From Candidatus Udaeobacter sp. (GTDB taxonomy: Bacteria > Patescibacteriota > Patescibacteriia > Magasanikbacterales > GWA2-37-8), in assembly GCA_035473115.1 (NCBI GenBank), contig DATION010000002.1, forward strand, positions 105,368-169,367: a DNA stretch of 64,000 nucleotides, in the 5' to 3' direction. The notes under the pieces are model-generated. The model ran no database searches. It was given only the letters and a program-made list of their open reading frames with translations, and was not told where the DNA came from. Position 1 is the stretch's first letter; every line of letters starts with the position of its first letter. Made by a program: the position numbers and the translations under genes. Positions 39,076-47,525 of the stretch are shown here, piece after piece.

Positions 39076-39921
39076 CTAGACTGCTTTTTGAAAGAGATTT
39101 TGAGCGTTTTTGGTGGTAGCCTCTATAACTTCGGCAAAAGACAAGCCTTTTGTATAAGCGATTTTTTTGGCTACTTCTTCTACCATCCATGGTTCGCAGC
39201 GCTTGCCGCGATAAAGGTTTGCTGCCAAATATGGCGCGTCAGTTTCCAGAAGCATTCGGTCTAAAGGACAGTTTTTTACCACTTCTAGCAGCGCTTCCTG
39301 GGCTTGCGGATCAGATTTTCTAGGCGGAAAAGTAATTACTCCGGTAAAACCAAGATGCAAACCTAAAGCCAAATATTTTTGCGCATAGTGCCAATTGCCA
39401 GTATAGCAATGAATTGTGGCGCGAATTTTATCAGATAAACTACTTAATAATCCAACCATTTCTTCATGTGCTTCACGAACATGAATAACCATTGGTAAAT
39501 CAAGCTCTTGCGCCAATTTACATTGAGCTAAAAAAGTTAATTTTTGTTTTTCCAAAACCTCCTCTTTGCTTCTGCCTTCAGGCAAACGGTACAAATCCAA
39601 ACCGCACTCCCCGATCGCGATAACTTTTGGACTTTGGCCTAATTTTTTATAATATTCGTAATCAAAATTTTCTTCACGAGTCAAAAAACTGCTTTCTTCT
39701 TCATCAACGTGAGTGGAAAACAGATGCATGGGATGAAGCCCGACACTAGCATAGATAAACGGATATTTTTGCGCAAACTCCACAGCGGCACGGCTAGTAT
39801 CTTTTTGTGTGCCAACTGCGTTTAGAATTATAGAGCTATCTTTTTCTACACATCTTTTTATCACTTCGTCGTAATCATTTTTAAAACCATTAAATTGGAT
39901 ATGGCAATGCGTATCAAACAT
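39076..39921 (-). CDS. tatD: TatD family nuclease
   Basis: DTHCH, GLHP, AIGECGLD, IHVRE, HCY and ETDAPY motifs. Confidence 0.92.
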   Translation of the reverse strand: MFDTHCHIQFNGFKNDYDEVIKRCVEKDSSIILNAVGTQKDTSRAAVEFAQKYPFIYASVGLHPMHLFSTHVDEEESSFLTREENFDYEYYKKLGQSPKVIAIGECGLDLYRLPEGRSKEEVLEKQKLTFLAQCKLAQELDLPMVIHVREAHEEMVGLLSSLSDKIRATIHCYTGNWHYAQKYLALGLHLGFTGVITFPPRKSDPQAQEALLEVVKNCPLDRMLLETDAPYLAANLYRGKRCEPWMVEEVAKKIAYTKGLSFAEVIEATTKNAQNLFQKAV

Positions 39922-39931
39922 ACAGGTAAAG

Positions 39932-40456
39932 CTAGATTAAATTTTCTACAGTGCTATGTAATAATCTTAAAGCTTCCGGGAGTAACGGCAAAAGTACTGA
40001 AGCTAGTTTAACTAACGGCGGAGCCAGTTCTGATTTGCCCAGACTTTCCATAAAAGCGGCGCTAATTGGGAAACGAGCAATAAAAAATAGAGAGATACCA
40101 ATCACAATCGCCCCTTCCAAAATTCCAAAAACCAAACCAAATATTCTGTCGAGGCCGCGGATAAATGGCAGTTTGGTAATGATGGATAATACTTTTTCGA
40201 TAAGCCAAAAAGCAAAGCCAACTAATCGGGTAATAATTAAAAATGTTAGGGTAAAAATAATAACTTTGACATAATTTTGATTCCAGCCTGTGGCATTGAT
40301 AATCCATAAAGCTGCCGGTTCATAATAACGGCTTGCCAAAAAAACTCCCAGCACGGTTCCGACTAAAGATCCCAAAGTATGGATTAAACCGAACCACAGT
40401 CCAAATAAAGCAAAACCGGAAAGTATAATTATCAGTACTATGTCAAAAAAAGACAT
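39932..40456 (-). CDS. CvpA (colicin V production) family membrane protein
   Basis: FDIVLIII...G.W.GL and LDRIFGLVFGILEG patterns. Confidence 0.8.
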   Translation of the reverse strand: MSFFDIVLIIILSGFALFGLWFGLIHTLGSLVGTVLGVFLASRYYEPAALWIINATGWNQNYVKVIIFTLTFLIITRLVGFAFWLIEKVLSIITKLPFIRGLDRIFGLVFGILEGAIVIGISLFFIARFPISAAFMESLGKSELAPPLVKLASVLLPLLPEALRLLHSTVENLI

Positions 40457-40476
40457 AAATTAAAATTAATAATAAA

Positions 40477-42009
40477 TTAGGTTAAGCGTGGAAACAGCTG
40501 CTCTGGTTTTTTGATTTTATTGCCAACTAATATTTCTTCCCAAATTTGTAATTTTTCTAATGGTTTTGCAAGTTCGGTATTAACATCTAATCCGAGCTGA
40601 ACCAGTAATTTTTCTCCTGTCTCTGGCATTATTGGCCAGATCATTACCGCGATATGGCGCAAAGCTTCACATAAATAAAATAGCAAATCTTTTACTTCTT
40701 GATCCTTGCCGACTTTCATCATGGCCCAAGGCTGCGCAGTAGTAATTGCCAAATCACAATCCTTAATAATTTGCCAAATTAATTCCAGAGCGCGATCAAA
40801 CTTCCAAGACGACATCATGATATTGTAATCCAAATTAAAATTAATAAATTCAGACACTCGTTCTTTGCTATCTTTTTTCTTTGCTTCAGGGATCACGCTA
40901 TCACAATATTTTTCTACCATCACCAAAATACGATTGGTAAGGTTGCCCAAACCGTTAGCTAAATCAGATTCATAGCGCTGATTAAATTTAGCATAAGAAA
41001 AATCTCCGTCATTATCAAATTGAATTTCGCGCATTAAAAAGTAGCGTACTGCTTCCAGCGGAAATTTTTGAGTTAACTCCAGTGGGTCAATTACATTGCC
41101 GATCGTTTTGCTCATTTTTTGACCATCAACCGTTATCCAACCGTGCACAGCGATCTGTTTGGGTAGATCAGCACCGACAGACAAGAGCATAGCTGGCCAT
41201 AACAAAGAATGAAAACGATTAATTTCCTTGCCAATCACATGCGCGTCAGCTGGCCAATATTTTTTAACTAGGCTTTCATCTTTGCTTCCATAACCCAAAG
41301 CAGTTATATAATTTGTCAGAGCGTCAAACCAAACATACATTACCTGTTTATCATCTCCCGGCACCGGAATGCCCCAGGATAGTTTTTCTTTGACTCGAGA
41401 AATACTGATATCTTCCAAACCGTTTTTAAGGATGTTTTCCATTTCTTTAAAACGATGCTCCGGATAAACAAAGTCAGGATTTTTGGCAAAATGATTTTCT
41501 AACTGTTTTTGAAACTTTGATAGTTTAAAGAAGTAATTTTCTTCGGACAACAATTCCGGAATTGTGTGGTGATCCGGACATTTGCCGTCAATTAGATCTT
41601 TTTCCAATTTAAAAGCTTCACAACCCACACAATATAATCCGGTATAACTTTTTAAATAAATATCTCCGGCTGCCAAAGATTTTTGCCAAAATTCTTGGGC
41701 GCCTTTAATATGCCGTTCTTCGGTTGTGCGAATAAAATCATTATTGGTAATATTCCATTGATCTGCCAGCAATTGGTACTGAGCGGACTTTTCAGCGGCA
41801 AATTCTTCAACTGTTTTCTTGGCATCTTTGGCAGTATGCAACATTTTTTGGCCATGCTCATCGGTGCCGGTTAAAAAATGAACTTCTTTTCCCAGCAATC
41901 TTTGGTAACGCGCCATGACATCGGTATATAAAATTTCTAAAGCAAAACCAATATGCGGATTGGCATTGGCATAGGGAATGGCGGTTGTTATATAAAATTT
42001 TTCTTTCAT
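40477..42009 (-). CDS. metG: Methionine--tRNA ligase
   Basis: PHIG, GTDEHG, YVWFDAL and KMSKT motifs. Confidence 0.96.
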   Translation of the reverse strand: MKEKFYITTAIPYANANPHIGFALEILYTDVMARYQRLLGKEVHFLTGTDEHGQKMLHTAKDAKKTVEEFAAEKSAQYQLLADQWNITNNDFIRTTEERHIKGAQEFWQKSLAAGDIYLKSYTGLYCVGCEAFKLEKDLIDGKCPDHHTIPELLSEENYFFKLSKFQKQLENHFAKNPDFVYPEHRFKEMENILKNGLEDISISRVKEKLSWGIPVPGDDKQVMYVWFDALTNYITALGYGSKDESLVKKYWPADAHVIGKEINRFHSLLWPAMLLSVGADLPKQIAVHGWITVDGQKMSKTIGNVIDPLELTQKFPLEAVRYFLMREIQFDNDGDFSYAKFNQRYESDLANGLGNLTNRILVMVEKYCDSVIPEAKKKDSKERVSEFINFNLDYNIMMSSWKFDRALELIWQIIKDCDLAITTAQPWAMMKVGKDQEVKDLLFYLCEALRHIAVMIWPIMPETGEKLLVQLGLDVNTELAKPLEKLQIWEEILVGNKIKKPEQLFPRLT

Positions 42010-42022
42010 AATAAATTAACTT

Positions 42023-42691
42023 TTACTTTTGATTAACTACTACCACAAACTCCCCTCTTTCATCCTGCATATTTTCTAAAACCTGGCTGATAGTACCACG
42101 ATAAATCGTTTCAAATTTTTTAGTTAATTCGCGGCAAACCATTAAATTTCTACTGGCTTCAAGATTTTCTTTTAATTCCTGTAAACATTTTTTAATTCTA
42201 TGACCGGATTCATAAAAAATAACTGTATATTCGGCTGCGGCCACTTCTTTAAAAAATTTCTGCCGCTTGTTTTTGTGCGGCGGAAAACCCATAAAAATAA
42301 ACTTATCAGTTGGAAATCCGGAAATACTTAGCGCCGTGGTAACTGCTGCCGGACCGGGAATAGGAATAATTTCCAGCTGAAAATTTTTTACCAATGCTTT
42401 GATGAGCAAATTTCCCGGATCGCTGATCCCAGGGGTGCCGGCATCGGTAACCAAAGCTAAATTTCTGCCTTCTTCCAACAAAGCCGCGATTTCTTTTACT
42501 TTTCTTTCTTCCGTATGTTGGTGATAGCTAACCATCGGTTTAAATATCTGATAATGATTAAGCAAATTTTTGGTCACTCTGGTATCTTCGCACAAAATAA
42601 AATCAACATTTTTTAATGTTTCAATGGCGCGAAAAGTGATATCCGCCAAATTGCCGATAGGTGTAGCTACAATATAGAGTTTACCAAACAT
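42023..42691 (-). CDS. rsmI: 16S rRNA C1402 2'-O-methyltransferase
   Basis: ATPIGNL, CEDTR, DAGTPGISDPG and RELTKKFE. Confidence 0.95.
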   Translation of the reverse strand: MFGKLYIVATPIGNLADITFRAIETLKNVDFILCEDTRVTKNLLNHYQIFKPMVSYHQHTEERKVKEIAALLEEGRNLALVTDAGTPGISDPGNLLIKALVKNFQLEIIPIPGPAAVTTALSISGFPTDKFIFMGFPPHKNKRQKFFKEVAAAEYTVIFYESGHRIKKCLQELKENLEASRNLMVCRELTKKFETIYRGTISQVLENMQDERGEFVVVVNQK

Positions 42692-42728
42692 AGTATATAT
42701 CTTAACAAAATCGTTCTAGGAAGGCAAT

Positions 42729-42920
42729 TTATTCTTCCCAAGAAATTGCTTGGGTCGGACAAGAATCTATTGCCATCTGTACCATACCTTCTTCATCTCC
42801 CGCAGCATTAAAAACTTCCGCTTTAGTATTATCATCATTCATCCGGAAAGTAGCGGCCACTATGGACGGACAAAGGCCGCAGGCAATACATTTATCTTTG
42901 TCTATTTTTGGTATTGGCAT
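42729..42920 (-). CDS. Monocluster ferredoxin
   Basis: CIACGLC...SCPTQAI. Likely start is MPIPK at 42920. Confidence 0.9.
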   Translation of the reverse strand: MPIPKIDKDKCIACGLCPSIVAATFRMNDDNTKAEVFNAAGDEEGMVQMAIDSCPTQAISWEE

Positions 42921-42924
42921 ATTT

Positions 42925-44118
42925 TTAACGGTTAGCTCGCTGCTGAGAAACAATCGCTGGTAAATATTTCATTACATAATCAATATCTGCTTTAGTATTG
43001 CAATGGCCAAGAGTAAACCTTAAACTGCTGCGCGAATCTTCGGCCGAAATCCCCATCGCTTTTAAGACATGAGATTGATTTATAGATTTAGCTGTACAGG
43101 CAGCTCCGGCCGAACACATAATGCCATATTCATCCAAATACAAAAGCAAAGCTTCACTTTCTGTTCCTAAAAAGCTGATATTTAAATTGTTTGCCAATCT
43201 GTCAGCGCCAATTGTTGGGCCGTTTAATACAATGTTTGGAATATTTTTTTGTAATTTTTCCCAAAAATATTTAAGCAAACTTTCTAAGCGTTTTTGTTCT
43301 TTTCCTTTATTGATTTGGGCCAGTTCTAAAGCTTTGGTAAAACCGACAATTCCGGTAATATTTTCGGTTCCGGCGCGTAAATTACGCTCTTGCTCCCCTC
43401 CTAAGATTAATGGCTTGATATTTACTCCTCTGCGTAGATACAACATTCCCGTTCCTTTTGGACCATAAATTTTACTGCCATTAATGGTCATTAAATCAAC
43501 ATGCAATTTCTCGACATCTAAATCCAAAAAACCAGCGGCTTGGCAGGCGTCAGTATGAAAAAATGGATAAACAGTATTATTATTTTTTCTATATTGCAAT
43601 AATTTACGGCCAATTTCGGCAATCGGTTCAATGGCACCCATTTCATTGTTGGCGTACATTGTAGAAATCAAAATTGTATCCGGGCGAATAGCTTTAATAA
43701 CTTCTTCGGCATCAACAATTCCTTTTTCGTTTACAGATACATAGGTAATTTCAAAACCTTGTTTTTTTAAATCTTCCAATGGATGAAGTATGGCATGATG
43801 TTCTATAGCTAAAGAAATAATATGTTTGCCATGCTGCTGGTGCGCTTTGGCAATTCCATAAATAGCCAGATTGTCCGACTCCGTGCCACTGCTAGTAAAA
43901 ATAATATTTTCCGGCAAAGCATTGATTATCCTGGCCACACTGCGGCGACTATTATTTAAAACTCCGTTTACTTTTACACCTTCTTGATGAAGCGAAGATG
44001 GATTGCCGTAAAATTTGTTTAGATACGGCTGCATAGCCAAAATAACCTTCTTATCTAAATAAGTGGTAGCAGCGTGATCCAGATATACCTGTTTTATTTT
44101 TTTTGGTTTTGACAACAT
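42925..44118 (-). CDS. iscS: Cysteine desulfurase (IscS/NifS group)
   Basis: YLDHAATT, HTDACQ, SKIYGPKG, RAGTEN and the SAGAAC catalytic loop. Confidence 0.92.
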   Translation of the reverse strand: MLSKPKKIKQVYLDHAATTYLDKKVILAMQPYLNKFYGNPSSLHQEGVKVNGVLNNSRRSVARIINALPENIIFTSSGTESDNLAIYGIAKAHQQHGKHIISLAIEHHAILHPLEDLKKQGFEITYVSVNEKGIVDAEEVIKAIRPDTILISTMYANNEMGAIEPIAEIGRKLLQYRKNNNTVYPFFHTDACQAAGFLDLDVEKLHVDLMTINGSKIYGPKGTGMLYLRRGVNIKPLILGGEQERNLRAGTENITGIVGFTKALELAQINKGKEQKRLESLLKYFWEKLQKNIPNIVLNGPTIGADRLANNLNISFLGTESEALLLYLDEYGIMCSAGAACTAKSINQSHVLKAMGISAEDSRSSLRFTLGHCNTKADIDYVMKYLPAIVSQQRANR

Positions 44119-44121
44119 TTT

Positions 44122-44712
44122 TTAAAATGGCAAAGTTAAATTGATATTCTTTTTGGCAGTGGAATCTTTTTTATCAGCTGCAGCATCAAAATTAACGGCA
44201 AAAGGAGTTATCTCTCCAACTAGTGATTTATAAAATAACTGTTTATTATTTTTACCAAACTCATAAATTTCTTTGGTCACTTTTACATCCTGTTCGCAAT
44301 ATTTTTTAATTTCGTCTATCTTACCTTCTTTCCACCATTGAATCGCCTGCAGCCCATCAGCGCTTTTTTCTATATCTAAAGTTGCCATGGCCACATCGTT
44401 TAATTTTAAACGCTTACCCACGCTTTCTTTAACTTTTACCATAATATCCAAATGGTTTATGACCGATAAATCACCTGGGTAATAATTATGCAAAATTGGC
44501 AAATCAAAATGCTCGCTGTTATAGCCGATAATCCGATCCGCTTTTTCCAAAATCGGCCAGAGTTTGTTTAGCTCATTTTCGGAAAAACTCATATAACTAT
44601 CGGTAGCGTAGCTGTAGATAGACACGCAAGAAATACGAAATTTTGTAAAATCATTGTCCACGTCGGCAAAAGTATTTTGGGTTTCTATATCAAAAACTAT
44701 TTCGTTTAACAT
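44122..44712 (-). CDS. RNase H-like/DnaQ-type 3'-5' exonuclease domain protein
   Basis: VFDIET, GYN..FD and YCEQDV acidic motifs. Confidence 0.75.
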   Translation of the reverse strand: MLNEIVFDIETQNTFADVDNDFTKFRISCVSIYSYATDSYMSFSENELNKLWPILEKADRIIGYNSEHFDLPILHNYYPGDLSVINHLDIMVKVKESVGKRLKLNDVAMATLDIEKSADGLQAIQWWKEGKIDEIKKYCEQDVKVTKEIYEFGKNNKQLFYKSLVGEITPFAVNFDAAADKKDSTAKKNINLTLPF

Positions 44713-44726
44713 AACCAGATTTTAAT

Positions 44727-44805
44727 TGTCATCCCGAGCGAGCCGTAGCGACGAGGGATCTTTACTTTAAATGAATAGATTCCTCACGTAAGGTTCGGAA
44801 TGACA
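44727..44805. repeat. Palindromic element, family A, copy 1 (overlaps the thiI 3' end)
   Basis: TGTCATCCCGAGCGAGCCGTAGCGACGAGGGATC...GATTCCTCACGTAAGGTTCGGAATGACA with TGTCAT/ATGACA termini. Confidence 0.8.
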
Positions 44806-46019
44806 GTTGAGTGAATTAAACCATTTTTAGCAATATACGGTATGACTTCTGTTTTTGCAATTACCGCTTCATCGATTAATTTTTCGTACTTTAAAACCTC
44901 TTTTAATCTGGATTTTGTGGCTGGATGTCTGGCTACAAACAGGCTGCAGCAATCCTCGTATGGGCGAGCGGAAATTTCCATTGTGCCAATTTTTCTAGCC
45001 AAATCTATTATATCTTTTTTGTTTGTTCCTATCAACGGAGAAAGCTTTAACAAATTAGATGCTTCAGCGATAACAGCCATATTTTCCAGAGTCTGAGAAG
45101 CTACCTGCCCCAGACTATCGCCATTTACCAAAGCTAAAAACTTGTTCTCTCGAGCAACTTTTTCGGCAATTTTATTAAAAATGCGGCGAGTAACTATCAT
45201 GCGGTAAGGCGCCGGAATTTTCATAATTATCTGTTTCTGCACATTGGCAAACGGCACCATAAACAGTTTGATTTCCGGCTGATAACTAGACAAAACTTTA
45301 GCTAAATCAAAAATTTTCTCGCTTACCTCTTCGGTAACTTGGGTTTGATTTTGAAAATGAATTAAATTTACTTCGCCGCCGCGGCACATTATTTTGTAAG
45401 CTGCCACTGGGCTGTCGATACCGCCAGATAACAAAGCCAAAACTTTACCCGAGGTAGAAGTTGGCAAACCGCCAATCGTATTTATAGTATTACCATAAAT
45501 ACAGGCGTCATTTCTGCCAATAGCAATATGAATATCTAGTTCTGCGTTATTTAGAGAAACTTGCCAATTATATTTTAAACGCACATACTCCCCTATCTCT
45601 TTTTCGATTTCAAGTGAAGATAGAGGAAAATTTTTATAAGATCGTTCTGCGGAAATACGGAAAGTTCGTTTGTCATTCTGAGCGGAACAAAGTGGAGTCG
45701 AAGAATCCCTTGTACTTTGGTTTAAGGGATCTCTCGACTGCGCTCGAGATGACAGTTGAATAATTTGATCTATCCCATCTTTAATATCTTGAATTGTGCT
45801 TTTTGTTTTTAGCGCTTCGGCATAATTAGCAAAACCTGGAATAAGAACCAATTGCTGTAACTGCTCTGCTTGAATATTTTCCAGCCACAAACCACTTTCT
45901 ATCCTCGAAACTTTTACTCCTGATAATAAATTTTCTAAGTTATTTATTAACTTACGATAAAAAATAGGCTGATTTGAGCCTTTCAAAAATATCTCATCAA
46001 TATGAATAATTACATTCAT
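44784..46019 (-). CDS. thiI: tRNA 4-thiouridine synthase ThiI (no rhodanese domain)
   Basis: EIFLKG, THUMP domain, LLSGGIDSPVA PP-loop, GDSLGQVASQT and EDCC. Confidence 0.93.
   Translation of the reverse strand: MNVIIHIDEIFLKGSNQPIFYRKLINNLENLLSGVKVSRIESGLWLENIQAEQLQQLVLIPGFANYAEALKTKSTIQDIKDGIDQIIQLSSRAQSRDPLNQSTRDSSTPLCSAQNDKRTFRISAERSYKNFPLSSLEIEKEIGEYVRLKYNWQVSLNNAELDIHIAIGRNDACIYGNTINTIGGLPTSTSGKVLALLSGGIDSPVAAYKIMCRGGEVNLIHFQNQTQVTEEVSEKIFDLAKVLSSYQPEIKLFMVPFANVQKQIIMKIPAPYRMIVTRRIFNKIAEKVARENKFLALVNGDSLGQVASQTLENMAVIAEASNLLKLSPLIGTNKKDIIDLARKIGTMEISARPYEDCCSLFVARHPATKSRLKEVLKYEKLIDEAVIAKTEVIPYIAKNGLIHSTVIPNLT
45671..45754. repeat. Palindromic element, family A, copy 2 (in-frame inside thiI)
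   Basis: 84 bp TGTCATTCTGAGCGG...CTCGAGATGACA, translated as LSSRAQSRDPLNQSTRDSSTPLCSAQND. Confidence 0.88.
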
Positions 46020-46023
46020 GATT

Positions 46024-47103
46024 TTATTTTATTACCAAAGATTGTCGTATTTCTTCGGCGTTTCGCAGCTGTCCGCAAGCAGCAGCAATATCTTGGCCTT
46101 GAGAATAACGCACGGTAGAAGTAAAACCGGCATTCATAAGCGAAGTATGCCAGTGTTCAATATTTTCTTTTGGCGACTCATCAAAATCCGAAGGCATGGC
46201 CACGGTAGAAATATTGTTATATGGAATTAAATTTATTTTTATCTTTCCTAATTTTGAAGCTAGAGTCATCAGCGCTTTTAAATCTTTTGGTCCGTCATTA
46301 ACTTTACCAAGCATAATATATTCCAAACCAATAAAATGGGCTCGGCTAGGGTGCATCTGGTGATACTTTTTGGCCCAGCCAACCAAGTATTCCAAAAATC
46401 CTTTTTGGTGCGAAGGCATGATGGCAGCGCGAGTTTCTTCGATGGCGCTATGCAAAGATAAAGCAAAACGGACTGGTGGAAAATCTTTGTCTACAGCCAA
46501 TTTATCCATCATCACTGGAATACCACAGGTAGATAAAGTAATTTTGCTTGGACCAAGAGTGGTATATTTTAAAATAATATTTAAAGCAGTTTTGATGTTT
46601 TCGTAATTGAGCAGCGGTTCACCCTGGCCCATGATTACCATATTATCTATTTCGCCCAAATTCCTTTCTGCCAAAAATCTTTGCCAAAAACGATATTGAT
46701 CCACAACTTCTTCGGGAGTTAAATTTCGAGAAAATCCAGCTTTGCCAGTAGCACAAAAAGCGCATTTCATGCCGCAGCCGACTTGCGAAGAAATACAGAT
46801 AGTATAACGATCGCGACCACCCGCAGCGGTTAAGTTTTTTCTGCCCATTAATACAGCTTCAATTAATCGGTCATCAGATAATTTCAATAAAGCTTTTTTG
46901 GTATTATCTTTTTTACTCTCATGCATCACATGCAAGCGCAGGGATAGCCAAGGTTTATCTTTCAATTTTTCTCGCAATTCTTTTGGTAAAGTGGTAATTT
47001 TTTCGTAACTATCTACTTTCGCGTCAAACCAGGCTCGGAACACTTGGTCCTGCCTGAATTTCTTTTCCGTAGATAAAATTTGTAATAAGTCTATTTCTGC
47101 CAT
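46024..47103 (-). CDS. rlmN: RlmN-type radical SAM RNA methyltransferase
   Basis: CISSQVGCGMKCAFCATG, MGQGEP, SLH, INLIPYN and DIAAACGQL. Likely start is 47103. Confidence 0.9.
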   Translation of the reverse strand: MAEIDLLQILSTEKKFRQDQVFRAWFDAKVDSYEKITTLPKELREKLKDKPWLSLRLHVMHESKKDNTKKALLKLSDDRLIEAVLMGRKNLTAAGGRDRYTICISSQVGCGMKCAFCATGKAGFSRNLTPEEVVDQYRFWQRFLAERNLGEIDNMVIMGQGEPLLNYENIKTALNIILKYTTLGPSKITLSTCGIPVMMDKLAVDKDFPPVRFALSLHSAIEETRAAIMPSHQKGFLEYLVGWAKKYHQMHPSRAHFIGLEYIMLGKVNDGPKDLKALMTLASKLGKIKINLIPYNNISTVAMPSDFDESPKENIEHWHTSLMNAGFTSTVRYSQGQDIAAACGQLRNAEEIRQSLVIK

Positions 47104-47146
47104 ATTCGGGCTAAGTATGCCACAGTTTTGCTGTTTTGGCAATATG

Positions 47147-47213
47147 TTGACGGGAATTTTTTTTCGAAGTATATTTAAGAAGCGAAAAGTGCTTCATCAA
47201 CAAATTAAAGGAG
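47147..47213 (+). promoter_or_regulatory. sigma70 promoter and SD for ORF 47220
   Basis: TTGACG-17-TATATT, and AAGGAG 6 nt before the ATG. Confidence 0.7.
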
Positions 47214-47219
47214 AATTTA

Positions 47220-47450
47220 ATGGCCACAAGCCATAAAGTCGAGAGTTTCGACTTCGAGGCAGCAGAGCCTGGAGCTGAACAAGATTCTCACACTCCTGAA
47301 CAACACCTAAACCTGACAATCTTGTGCGACCTTGCAGATCGCAAGGCACCTATAGCTGAAATCAGGGTCTATACAGATCCCAGAGCAGCGCATATTTCCC
47401 ATTGCGAAAAGTGCCAAAATGCCCTAGGCTTCTACAAAATTTCGTTTTAG
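47220..47450 (+). CDS. Small protein with a ZAS/zf-HC2-like HxxxCxxC motif
   Basis: HL..IL...D...HISHCEKC; has its own promoter, SD and terminator. Confidence 0.6.
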   Translation: MATSHKVESFDFEAAEPGAEQDSHTPEQHLNLTILCDLADRKAPIAEIRVYTDPRAAHISHCEKCQNALGFYKISF

Positions 47451-47520
47451 TATGCTGCTAACTAAGCATACTTGGAGGTTTGCGGCTCCTGAACAGGTAA
47501 AACTGATTTAGGGGCTTTTT
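47449..47520 (+). terminator. Double hairpin / terminator
   Basis: AGTATGCT/AGCATACT overlapping the stop codon, then GGCTCCTGAA...TTTAGGGGCT followed by Ts. Confidence 0.65.
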
Positions 47521-47525
47521 CATTT

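Noticed and set aside
45671-45754. Intein or self-splicing intron explaining the in-frame inserts
   Set aside because: Too short, no intein termini, no group I/II core, and related copies occur between genes. RNA-level removal is not formally excluded.
46024-47103. Cfr antibiotic-resistance methyltransferase
   Set aside because: Housekeeping context next to thiI and no mobile features, so RlmN is more parsimonious. A phylogeny would settle it.
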